NCBI GenBank assembly: GCA_963824245.1
Contig: CAWGON010000002.1
Coordinates: 1,436,887-1,500,886 of the forward strand
DNA length: 64,000 nt
DNA from: an uncultured Thermoleophilia bacterium
GTDB taxonomy: Bacteria; Actinomycetota; Thermoleophilia; Solirubrobacterales; 70-9
Reading direction: 5' to 3'
Positions 18,810 through 27,771 of the stretch are shown here, piece after piece. The notes under the pieces are model-generated. The model was not told where the DNA came from and did no database searches. It was given only the letters and a program-made list of their open reading frames with translations. Position 1 is the stretch's first letter, and each line of letters starts with the position of its first letter. The position numbers were made by a program, and so were the translations under genes.

Positions 18810-19555
18810 ATGCAGGCGACCCCGTCGTCCCGAGCGCCTGGCCGAGACCGCATTGGGGCGGCGGGCTCGCGTTCCGCCGCCGGCGGGAGAGATCGGCTCG
18901 CCGGCGCCTTAGCCGCGCATGACGCGGACGGCGGCGGACGGCCCTGAACGAGGCGCTGCACGAGCTGCGCCGGCCGCTGCAGGCGCTGGCCCTGGCCGGC
19001 GGCGACGGCGGCGCCGGAGGCCGATCGAGGCCCTGCTCGCGATGGCCGCCGCGGCCCTGGAGCGGCTCGACCGCGAGATCAACGGCGGCCGGCCGCCGAG
19101 TCCGGGCGCCGCTGCGGTGCGGCCGCTGCTGGAGGCGGCGGTCGGGCGCTGGCGCCGGCGCGCCGACCTCGCCGGCGGCTCGCTGGAGCTGCGCTGGCGG
19201 GCCGGCGAGGCGGTCGTCGACGGCGATCGCTGCGGGATGCTGCAGGCGCTCGACAACCTGGTCGCTCAACGCGCTCGAGCACGGCGGGCCGCGGATCGTC
19301 GTCGACGGCGACCAGCGGCGACGCCGGCGGTCCGGGTCGCGGTGCGTCGACTCCGGCACGTGCCGCTGCGCGGGAGCCGCGGCGCCGCGCTGCGGCTGGC
19401 GGCGCGGATCTCCGGGCGCCGGCCGCCACGGCCACGGCCTGCGGGTGGTGCGCCGGACCGCCGCCGCCCACGGCGGCAGCTTCGCCCTGCGCCGCTCGGA
19501 GGCCGGCACCGAGGCGGTCCTCGAGCTGCCGCTGCTCGCCGGGGCGCCGGCATGA
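18810..19555 (+). CDS. Small soluble histidine kinase (HisKA + HATPase_c); frame-interrupted
   Basis: ALNEALHELRRPLQAL is an H-box. LDNLV(A)NALEHGG is an N-box. HGHGLRVVRRTAAAHGGSF is a G-box. No TM segment is seen. Confidence 0.55.
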
Positions 19556-20206
19556 GCCGGCGCCGGCGCGCGCTCGCCTTCCTGCTCGCGGCGGCGCTGG
19601 CGGCGGCGACCGCGGCGGCGATCGCCGACGGCTACGGCGAGCAGCGTCGCCCGCGGCTACGGCGAGCTGCGGCCGGTGGTCGTCGCCGCGGCGACCGCTG
19701 GCGGCCGGCAAGCCGGTCGACCCGAGCGGCCGAACGGCCTGGAGGTGCGGCGGGTGCCGGTCCGCTTCGCCCCGCCGGGGCGCTGCGCGGCGCCGGCCGA
19801 AGCGCTCGGGCTGGAGGCCGCGGCGCCGATCCCGCGCCGGCTCCTACCTGCTCGCCGCGCAGCTGCGCCCGCCGCGTGGCGACGGACGCGCTCGGCGGCG
19901 GCGCTGGGCGCCGGCCGGCGGCCCGGTGGAGATCGCGGTCAGCGGCGCCGACGCGCTGATGGTCGCCGGCAGCCAGCCGGTCGGGGCGCGCGGTCGACGT
20001 CGTCGTCACCACCGAACCGAGCGGCGGCGGCGCCGGGCGCACCTACGTCGCCGCCAGCGGCGTGCCGCTGCTGGCGCTCGGCCCCGGCGAAGAAGCGGGC
20101 GGGCGGGACCGCGGCGGCGACCCTGGGGCTGACCCGGGCGCAGGCGCTGCGGCTGATCGCCGCCGAGAGCTTCGCCCGCCGGGTGACGATCCTGCCGGCC
20201 GGTTGA
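19552..20206 (+). CDS. cpaB: Flp pilus assembly protein CpaB/RcpC-like; frame-interrupted
   Basis: N-terminal [26 protein letters not shown], then ...[28 protein letters not shown]...[15 protein letters not shown] and [23 protein letters not shown]. Confidence 0.55.
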
Positions 20207-21310
20207 GCGTGGGCGCGCGGGAGCGAAACGTCGCCGCGCTGGCCGCCGACGCTGCGCGGGCGCCTGGTCGAGCGCCGCCGGGCCGAGGCGGCGGCCGGCC
20301 GGGCGCCGGCGGGCGAGCTGCGCGAGGCGGTGCGCGAGCTGGTCGACGAGGAGGCGGCGCTGCTCGGCGCCGGCCGAGCGCGAGGAGGTGGTCGCGCGGA
20401 TCGTCCGCGACAGCGTCGGCCTCGGCCCGCTCGAGGTCCTGCTCGCCGACCCCGCGGTCGAGGAGGTGATGGTCAACGGCCCCGACCGCGTCTACGTCGA
20501 GCGCGGCGGCCGGATCGAGCCGACCGCCGTCGCCTTCGCCGACGAGGAGGAGCTGCGCAACGCGATCGAGCGGATCCTGGCGCCGCTCGGCCGCCGGGTC
20601 GACGAGCTCAGCCCGATGGTCGACGCCCGTCTCGCCGACGGCTCGCGGGTCAACGTGGTGATCCCGCCGCTGGCGATCGACGGGCCGGCGATCTCGATCC
20701 GCCGCTTCGGCGCCCGACCGGCCCGGGCCCGACCGAGCTGGTCGAGCTCGGCACGCTCGACGCGGGCGCAGCGCGAGCAGCTCGAGGCGGCGGTCCGCGC
20801 GCGCCGCAGCATCCTCGTCAGCGGCGGCACCGGCTCCGGCAAGACGACGCTGCTGAACGCGCTCTCCAGCTTCGTCGACCCGGCCGAGCGGGTGGTGACG
20901 ATCGAGGACGCGGCCGAGCTGCGGCTGCAGCAGCCGCACGTGGTGCGGCTGGAGAGCCGGCCGGCCGGGGTCGAGGGCACGGGGCGAGGTGACGATCCGC
21001 GACCTGCTGCGCAACGCCCTGCGGATGCGCCCCGACCGGATCGTGATCGGCGAGGTCAGGGGGCCGGAGGCGCTCGACCTGCTGACCGCGCTGAACACCG
21101 GCCACGACGGCGCCCTCTCGACCGTCCACGCCAACTCGCCCGCCGACGCCCTGAGCCGGCTGGAGACGCTGGCGCTGATGGCCGGGGTCGGCCTGCCGCA
21201 CGAGGCGATCGCCGAGCAGGTGCGGCGCGGGATCGACCTCGTCGTCCACCTGCGGCGCGAGGCCGACGGCTCGCGCCGGGTCAGCGAGATCGCCGAGGTG
21301 GAGCGTGACC
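20203..21310 (+). CDS. cpaF: Tad/Flp pilus assembly ATPase CpaF/TadA; frame-interrupted, 3' end approximate
   Basis: [49 protein letters not shown] (Walker A), [52 protein letters not shown]. Confidence 0.8.
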
Positions 21311-22154
21311 GCGGTCCTGCATCGCCGCGCGCTGGCCGGCGGCGCTGCTGGCGCTGGCGGCGCGCGAGGCGCTGCTCGCGAGCCCGGCGCTCGCCGGCCT
21401 GGCTGCGGCTGGCGCTGGAGCCGCTGCGCCGGGCCGGGCAGCGAGGGCTACGCGCCGATCGACCTGGAGCGGCGGCGGCTGGCGGCGCTCGGCGACCGCG
21501 GCGGTCGTGCTCGGCGGCTGGCTGCTGGGCGGGCCGGTGCTGGCGCTGCCGCTCTCGGTCGCCGGCCCGGCCGCGGCGGCCTGGGCGATCTCCAGCCGCC
21601 GCCGGCGCTACCGGGTCGCGGTCGAGCGCTCGCTGCCGGAAGTCGCGACCGCGGTCGCCGACTCGCTCAGCGCCGGCCGCTCCCTGCGCGCCTCGCTGCC
21701 GGCCGCCGCCGGCTACCTGGACGGCCCGCCGGCGGCCGAGCTGGCCCGGCTCGGCGCCGAGCTCGACCTCGGCGCCGCGACCGGCGGCGACGGTCGAGGC
21801 CTGGCGGCGGCGGATGCGCTCGGAGCGGGTCGACGCCTTCGCCGCGGCGCTGCTCAGCCAGCGGCTGGCCGGCGGCGACCTCGCCGGCCTGCTGCGCCGC
21901 TTCGCGGCCGGGGCGGCCGAGCGCGACCGGGTCGCCGAGGACGCCAGCTCGGCGACCGCGCAGGCGCGCTTCACCGGCCTGCTGGTGGTGGCGATGCCGA
22001 CCGGCGGCGCGCTCTTCGCCGAGCTGGTCGCAGCCCGGCTTCCTCGCCAAGCTGCTCGGGCTCGCCGGCCGCGGCGGTCCTGCTGGCGCTCGCCGCGGGC
22101 CTGCAGCTGGTCGGCTTCGTCGCGATCAGGCGCCTCTCGCGGGTGGTCGAGTGA
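21305..22154 (+). CDS. tadB: Tad pilus membrane protein TadB-like; frame-interrupted
   Basis: [23 protein letters not shown], ...[23 protein letters not shown]..., and the C-terminal [25 protein letters not shown] (T2SSF-like). Confidence 0.55.
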
Positions 22155-22974
22155 GGTCGGCCGGACTGGCCGCGGCGGTCGCCGTGCTCTGCGCCTTCGC
22201 CGCCGGCCGCGAGCTCCTGGCCGCCCGCGGCGGCGCCCGGCTGCCGGCCCTGCCCTTCGGCCTCAGCCGGCGCTCGGCCGGCGCCGCGCTGCGCCTCGGC
22301 CTGCCCGAGCGGCTGCGCCGCTCCGGCCTCGAGGCGCGCTTGCCGCTGGCCGCGGTGCTCCTCGGCCAAGGCGGTCGCTGCCATCGCCGGCGCCCTGGCG
22401 GCGCTGGCCGCGGCGCCGGCGGCGCCGGGCCGGACGGTCCTGCTGGTCGCGCTCGCGCTGCCGGCGGCCGGCTTCTTCGCCCCCGACGCGCTGCTCGAGC
22501 GCGAGGCGCGCCGGCGGCAGCGGCGCCTGGTCGCCGCCCTGCCCGACGCCCTCGACCTGCTCGCGGTCAGCGCCGGCTCCGGCCGCGGCCCCGCCGCCGG
22601 GCTCGAGCAGCTGGCGCGGGCGGGGGAGGGCCCGCTGGCCGAGGAGCTGCGGATCGCCGTCGCCGAGCTCTCCTGCGGGCGGCCGCTCAGCGCCGCCCTG
22701 CACTCGCTGCGCGCCCGCGTCCCCGGCAGCGAGCTGGCGACCCTGGTCGCCTCGATCGAGCGCTCGCGCCGCTTCGGCTCGCCCGCTCGCCGAGCAGCTG
22801 CGCCGCCAGGCCGGCGCCCTGCGCCGCGACGGCCGCCGCGCGGTCGAGGAGCGCGCCGCCCGCGCCGCGCCGAAGATCCAGCTCGTCGTCGCCCTCGTCC
22901 TCGTCCCCTCGGTCCTGCTGATGATCGCCGCCGGCCTGATCGCCAACGCCGGCACCCTGCTCGCTGGCATCTGA
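22151..22974 (+). CDS. tadC: Tad pilus membrane protein TadC-like; frame-interrupted
   Basis: [45 protein letters not shown], ...[13 protein letters not shown]..., and the C-terminal [26 protein letters not shown]. Confidence 0.55.
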
Positions 22975-23098
22975 ATGGATCTATTGTTTAGGCATCACTG
23001 AGTACGCAATCTCGACCAACCTGATCAGCTGGGTTCCGGCGAAGGAAGGCATCTTCGGCTGGCCCCTCGACGGGCCGGAGGCCGAGGCGGTCGAACGG

Positions 23099-25024
23099 AT
23101 GCGCCCGGAGGATCTGCTGATCCCCAAGTTCTCGCAGAACCCCGACTACGCGCGGGCGGGCGGGTCGCAGGCGGACTACGTGAAAGCGATCTGCGAGTTC
23201 TTCGGGCGCGACTACGAGCGTGAGCGGAGCGATTACGAAGAGCGGGTCGCGGGCGGCGGCGCGGCGGTGCCGTTCGTCTGGAGGGTCGAGCGCCAGTACC
23301 GGTTCGGCCCCCGCGACGGGTTGCCGTGGGCGGCGGTGAAAATCGAGCAGGTCGAGTTCGAGCACCCCTTCTCGACCAGCGAGTTCCTGCGCCTGCGGGC
23401 GATCCCGATCGAGCTCGCCCGCCAGTTCAAGGCGACGGCGGCGCAGGGCCGGCACATCCAGCGGGTGCCGGAAGAGACCGTGGCAAAGCTCTTCGAGGCG
23501 AGCTCCGGCCCCGCCGGCCGCAGGGCGGCCCTGCGAAACCTGCTGCTGGTCAAGGCGGCGGACGGAGCCGAGGCGCTGGACCGGATGGTCGACGAAGGGA
23601 TCGAGCCGCGGGAGGGCGATTACCTCTTCCTCGTCACCCCACAGGGGTTGCCGGGCTTCTACGCGGTCGAGGACTCAGACGGCGACCTCGTCGCCACCCG
23701 CCATGGGCGGGCGATCGGGCAGTCGCCCTGGGAGCTGGGCGAACTGGTCGCGGAGGCGGTCAGCAAGGCGCTCCCGGCCGACGACTTCAAGCCCGGCAAC
23801 CCGCGCCGCGCCGGCATCGAGCTGCGCGAGTTCGCGGAGTCCGAGCAGACGGTCCGGGCGGTCGAGGAGTTCGGGCACTTCTACGACCGCTACGTGAACC
23901 TGCCGCAGAAGGTCAGCCAGGCGCTGGAGATCGCCGGCCGGACGGTCGCGGCGCCACCGGGCCCCGAGCCGCCACTCGACGAGGAGGAGGACGAAGGGGA
24001 GGGCGAGGACAGCGAGCAGCTCGAGCACGACAGCCTGCAGGGGCTGACGGTCGCCGCCGTCGAGGCGGGGCTGGCCGAGCTCGAGCTGCCGCGCTCGGTC
24101 CTGGCCGAGGCGGTGACGGCGCTGCGCTCCGGCAAGCACCTGATGCTGTCGGGACCGCCCGGCACCGGCAAGTCGACGGTGGCGACGGCGCTCTGCCGGG
24201 CGGTGATGGAAGACGAATTCGAGACCGCGACGGCGACCGCCGACTGGACGACGTTCGACACGATCGGCGGCTACATCCCCCAGGCCGGCGGCGCGCTCGA
24301 GTTCGAGCCGGGGATCGTCCTGCGCAGCCTCGAGCGCGGGCGCTGGCTGATCATCGACGAGCTCAACCGGGCCGACATCGACAAGGCCTTCGGGCCGCTG
24401 TTCACCCTGCTCGCCGGCTCCGGGCAGGAGACCGGCGACGTCGACGTGATGCTGCCCTTCCGCAAAGACGACAAGAACGTGCGGATCGTCTGGTCGCGCC
24501 GCCGCGGAGAGGCCGACTCGCCGTATGCCGTGACCCCCACCTGGCGGATCATCGGCACCCTCAACGCGCGCGACAAGGCGTCGCTGTTCCAGCTCAGCTT
24601 CGCCTTCCTGCGGCGCTTCGCGGTGATCGACGTGCCGCTGCCGGCGCGCCGGGAGTTCAAGGACCTCTTCTCGGGCTGGGTCCAGAAGGTCGAAGAGCCG
24701 GTCCGCGGCCAGCTGGCCGAGGCGGCGATGGCGCTCGCCTTCGGGCAGCGGCCGCTCGGCCCGGCGATCCTCAAGGACGTCGCCGGCTTCACCAGCATCG
24801 GCCTCACCGCCACCGAGACCGCCTCCGTCTCCGCTGCCTACGGGGACCCCGTCGAGGCCTTCCTCGCCGCGATCCGCCTCTACGCGGTGCCCCAGTACGA
24901 GGGCGCCACGCAGGCCGAGGTCGACGGGCTCCTGCACGATCTCGGCGCGGCCCTGGCGGGCCCGCCGCCGGAGCAGGCCTGGGCGGCGCTGGAGGCGGCG
25001 ATGAAGGACGTCGTCCTGCGGTGA
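23099..25024 (+). CDS. McrB-like AAA+ (AAA_5) NTPase with an unassigned ~330-aa N-terminal region; the ORF stays open upstream to 22975 with no in-frame start
   Basis: LMLSGPPGTGKST is Walker A. WLIIDELNRADIDKAFGPLFTLL matches the McrB-type DExNRA. WRIIGTLNARDKASLFQLSFAFLRRFAVIDV matches the McrB NxxD/RRF segment. The ORF is intact at 641 aa. Confidence 0.75.
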   Translation: MRPEDLLIPKFSQNPDYARAGGSQADYVKAICEFFGRDYERERSDYEERVAGGGAAVPFVWRVERQYRFGPRDGLPWAAVKIEQVEFEHPFSTSEFLRLRAIPIELARQFKATAAQGRHIQRVPEETVAKLFEASSGPAGRRAALRNLLLVKAADGAEALDRMVDEGIEPREGDYLFLVTPQGLPGFYAVEDSDGDLVATRHGRAIGQSPWELGELVAEAVSKALPADDFKPGNPRRAGIELREFAESEQTVRAVEEFGHFYDRYVNLPQKVSQALEIAGRTVAAPPGPEPPLDEEEDEGEGEDSEQLEHDSLQGLTVAAVEAGLAELELPRSVLAEAVTALRSGKHLMLSGPPGTGKSTVATALCRAVMEDEFETATATADWTTFDTIGGYIPQAGGALEFEPGIVLRSLERGRWLIIDELNRADIDKAFGPLFTLLAGSGQETGDVDVMLPFRKDDKNVRIVWSRRRGEADSPYAVTPTWRIIGTLNARDKASLFQLSFAFLRRFAVIDVPLPARREFKDLFSGWVQKVEEPVRGQLAEAAMALAFGQRPLGPAILKDVAGFTSIGLTATETASVSAAYGDPVEAFLAAIRLYAVPQYEGATQAEVDGLLHDLGAALAGPPPEQAWAALEAAMKDVVLR

Positions 25025-26301
25025 GCAGGACCGTCGACTCCGCCTTCTCGCCGCAGCTGCGGGAGCGGCTGTTGAGCGAGATCCGCAACTACCTGCCCGC
25101 CTTTCTCAGCGGCAGCGCCAGCGAGCGCCACGACCCGGCCGGCGACGTGCGCGAGCTGCTCAACCTCGAACCAGGCGACCTCGAGCAGGTGGTCTCGGTC
25201 CACCGCTGCCTCGACGAGCGGGTGCTGGAGCTCGGGCGGGCGCTGGGGCAGGGGCTGCGCTATCCGATCGGCTCGAGCGACCGCCGCCGGGAAGTCCGCC
25301 AGAGCGTGCGCGGCCCCGTCGACTGGTCGGCCACCGTGGCCGGCCGCTCGCTCGAGGGCGGCAACCCCTCGCTCTTCGTCACCCGGGGCGCCGCCCGCGT
25401 CTTCGACACGCCGGAGGCCCGGGCCCTGGTCTGGTTGCTCGACCGCCTGCGCGACTCGGCCAAGCTGGCGCTGCAGGAACTGAGGAACGTCGGGCCCGTG
25501 GACGCGGAGGGCCCGCTGCCGACGGCCTGGGCGGAGAAGATCCAGGCGCTCTCCCAGCAGGTCCGGGCCGCGCGCCAGGTCGAGTGGCTGCGCGGGGTCG
25601 AGCCGCAGGCGCCGACCGCGGCCACGCTGCGGCGCCTGCGCGCCTACCGCGGCGGCGGCTTCTACGCCGAGCGGGTCGCGCCGGCGCTGCGCGCGGTCCT
25701 CGACCTCGACTCACCCTCCGATCGGGTGCTGGCCGAGATCCTCAGCCGGCGCTACTTCGAGCCGGCTGAGAACTGGGTGATCTTCGAGGTCCACGTGGCG
25801 CTGTCGCTGGCCCGGGCGTTCGCGATCGCCAGCGGCCACCCCCGCAAGACCCGCCTGCTGATCGGCAGCGACCGCGCCTCGTTCGCCAGGTACGGATTCG
25901 ACGACGGCAGCGAGGTGGCGCTGATCCGCCAGGGCTGGCCGCCGCACAGCGGCTCCTCCTTTCGCGAGGCGGTCTGTGCTCGCCACGGGCTCGGCACGCA
26001 GCCACGGCGCCCCGACATCTTCATCGTCCGCAGCGGGCCCCGGCCCGACGCGGCGGTCCTGGAGCTGAAGGCCTCGTTCAACCGCTCGACCCTGGTCGGC
26101 GGCCTCTCGCAGATCCTCGCGTACATGGCGGAAAGGCCGAGCGCCTGGAGCGGGCCGCCGGCGGGCTGGTTGGTCGCCCCGGACCCGACCAGGTTCGCCG
26201 CCCACGCGGCGGTTGCGGGCGAGCCCCTGTGGATGGTCGGCGCGGACTCGGTCGCCGCCGCCGCGGTCGAGCGCTTCGCCCCGGCGGCGGGCCCTAGCTA
26301 G
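25021..26301 (+). CDS. McrC-like partner with a PD-(D/E)xK nuclease motif
   Basis: The GTG at 25021 overlaps the McrB-like stop (GTGA). The C-terminal RPDIFIV...AAVLELKASF fits D...ExK. It is intact (426 aa) in the 23326..26301 frame. Confidence 0.6.
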   Translation: MSRTVDSAFSPQLRERLLSEIRNYLPAFLSGSASERHDPAGDVRELLNLEPGDLEQVVSVHRCLDERVLELGRALGQGLRYPIGSSDRRREVRQSVRGPVDWSATVAGRSLEGGNPSLFVTRGAARVFDTPEARALVWLLDRLRDSAKLALQELRNVGPVDAEGPLPTAWAEKIQALSQQVRAARQVEWLRGVEPQAPTAATLRRLRAYRGGGFYAERVAPALRAVLDLDSPSDRVLAEILSRRYFEPAENWVIFEVHVALSLARAFAIASGHPRKTRLLIGSDRASFARYGFDDGSEVALIRQGWPPHSGSSFREAVCARHGLGTQPRRPDIFIVRSGPRPDAAVLELKASFNRSTLVGGLSQILAYMAERPSAWSGPPAGWLVAPDPTRFAAHAAVAGEPLWMVGADSVAAAAVERFAPAAGPS

Positions 26302-27137
26302 CTCGTCTCGGCCGCCTCGTCGCGCAGGCGCTTGGCGACGGCGGCGCTGGCGGCGGCGATCGTGTCGAGGTCGGCGGCCTTCTCCTTGTGGCCGCTGACG
26401 TAGCAGCAGAGGTTGCCGCCGACCAGCTCGAAGGCGAACTTCGGCGGCGCCGCGTCGGTCAGCCAGACGATGAAGGTGGGCGAGAAGAGGCGGCGCAGCC
26501 AGACCGGGTCCTGGGACTTGCCGGCGAAGATCTCGTACTTGTCGTCGAGCACCTCGCTCTCCAGCTCGACCCGCTCCTTGGAGCGGCGGAAGACGTCCTC
26601 GAGCTTCTCCAGGGCGCGGAGGCCGAACTTGCGCTGGCAGTAGAGCTCGGGCAGGTGGTCACCGCTCTCGGGGACGTGGACGAGGCCGACCGTGTAGCGG
26701 TAGTAGTTGGTCTGGCGGTTGCCCTTGCTGTCGGTCGACTCTTCCTCGTAGGTGTAGAGAGCGAGGATTCCCTCGAAGCCCTCGCCGATCGGGCCGGAGA
26801 GGGTGCGCTCGGCGTAGCGGTCGTCGCCCTTCTCCAGCAGCGGCGTCGCCGGCGGCAGCGGCGCCCGGCCGCCGAGCTCGAGCCCGCGTTCCCTCGCGTA
26901 GGCGCCGAAGAAGGCGTCGGCGGCGCGCGAGTCGGCGATCGCGAAGACGATCAGGACGCCGGCGATCGCCACCCCGGCGGCAACGGCGCCGCCGATCGGG
27001 GCGCTGAGGAAGATCGCGCCGGCGGCGGCGCCGGCCAGCGCGAAGCCGCCGATCAGGAACCAGGTCAGCGGCCGCCCGATCAGCAGCCGGAAGTGGTGGC
27101 CCCGGAGGTCGTTGGCGTCGTCGATCGGCTCGCTCAC
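26298..27137 (-). CDS. Two-TM membrane protein, DUF3137-like (family assignment from memory only)
   Basis: The TM pair is LTWFLIGGFALAGAAAGAIFL and GGAVAAGVAIAGVLIVFAI. The soluble domain reads ...YTYEEESTDSKGNRQTNYYRYTV...ELESEVLDDKYEIFAGKSQDPVWLRRLFSPTFIVWL. The GTG at 27137 lies 7 nt after TAGGTT. There is a 4-nt CTAG overlap with the convergent McrC-like gene. Confidence 0.5.
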   Translation of the reverse strand: MSEPIDDANDLRGHHFRLLIGRPLTWFLIGGFALAGAAAGAIFLSAPIGGAVAAGVAIAGVLIVFAIADSRAADAFFGAYARERGLELGGRAPLPPATPLLEKGDDRYAERTLSGPIGEGFEGILALYTYEEESTDSKGNRQTNYYRYTVGLVHVPESGDHLPELYCQRKFGLRALEKLEDVFRRSKERVELESEVLDDKYEIFAGKSQDPVWLRRLFSPTFIVWLTDAAPPKFAFELVGGNLCCYVSGHKEKAADLDTIAAASAAVAKRLRDEAAETS

Positions 27138-27193
27138 CCCGCGCAACCTACCGCGAGCGGGGGCGGATGCAAATGGGGTTGCAGAGGGAGGGT

Positions 27194-27228
27194 GTGTTGC
27201 AAAGTGGGGGAGTGTGGGTTATTGTGGC
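27194..27228 (+). promoter_or_regulatory. MraZ operator: four GTG(G/T)N boxes in exact 10-nt phase
   Basis: GTGTT (27194), GTGGG (27204), GTGGG (27214) and GTGGC (27224). This matches the known MraZ-box arrangement upstream of mraZ. Confidence 0.65.
27197..27225 (+). promoter_or_regulatory. Candidate Pmra promoter overlapping the MraZ boxes
   Basis: TTGCAA (27197-27202), a 17-nt spacer, then TATTGT (27220-27225). Confidence 0.45.
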
Positions 27229-27330
27229 GATCGAGTTGAAGCCCAGGACCGGGGTGGTGAGGCTCCTCCCACCTCATCACTCCGGTCCCAACTCTTTCCG
27301 GCCCTCCCGCTCTAGAAAGGACTCGCCGAG

Positions 27331-27771
27331 GTGGCATTTCGGGGTCTCTACGAGCACAGTCTCGACTCCAAGGACCGACTCACGGTTCCTTCGCGCTTCC
27401 GCGCATCGCTTGCCGATGGAGTGGTTCTCTCCAAGGGCTTCGACCCCTGCGTCTGGGTCCACACGACCGCCGAGTTCGAGCAGCTCTCCGACCGCTTCCT
27501 CTCCCCGCACAGCCCGTTCGGGCACGACGCCCGCCAGCTGCGCCGCCGCTTCCACGGCGGCTCCTTCGACGAGAAGCTCGACTCCGCCGGCCGCATCCGC
27601 ATTCCCAGATCGCTGCTCGAGCACGCCGGGCTCGACGGTGACTGCGTGGTGATCGGCGCCGGGGAGTACCTGGAGATCTGGGACGCCGACGCCTGGGCCA
27701 AGCAGGAGCTGGAGCTCGACGCCGCCGCCCCCGAGATCGCCGAGGGCCTCGCCGCCTCCGGGACTGCGTGA
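27331..27771 (+). CDS. mraZ: Transcriptional regulator MraZ
   Basis: MAFRGLYEHSLDSKDRLTVPSRFR and ...LDSAGRIRIPRSL are the two SpoVT/AbrB-like DxxGR motifs. This is the first gene of the dcw cluster. Confidence 0.9.
   Translation: MAFRGLYEHSLDSKDRLTVPSRFRASLADGVVLSKGFDPCVWVHTTAEFEQLSDRFLSPHSPFGHDARQLRRRFHGGSFDEKLDSAGRIRIPRSLLEHAGLDGDCVVIGAGEYLEIWDADAWAKQELELDAAAPEIAEGLAASGTA

Noticed and set aside
5611-22974. Interpreting the frame breaks as programmed frameshifts or as genuine pseudogenes
   Set aside because: The breaks are too numerous and have no slippery-site pattern. They also hit essential genes elsewhere in the window (aroA, der, priA). Assembly indels are the more economical explanation, although only read-level data can settle it.
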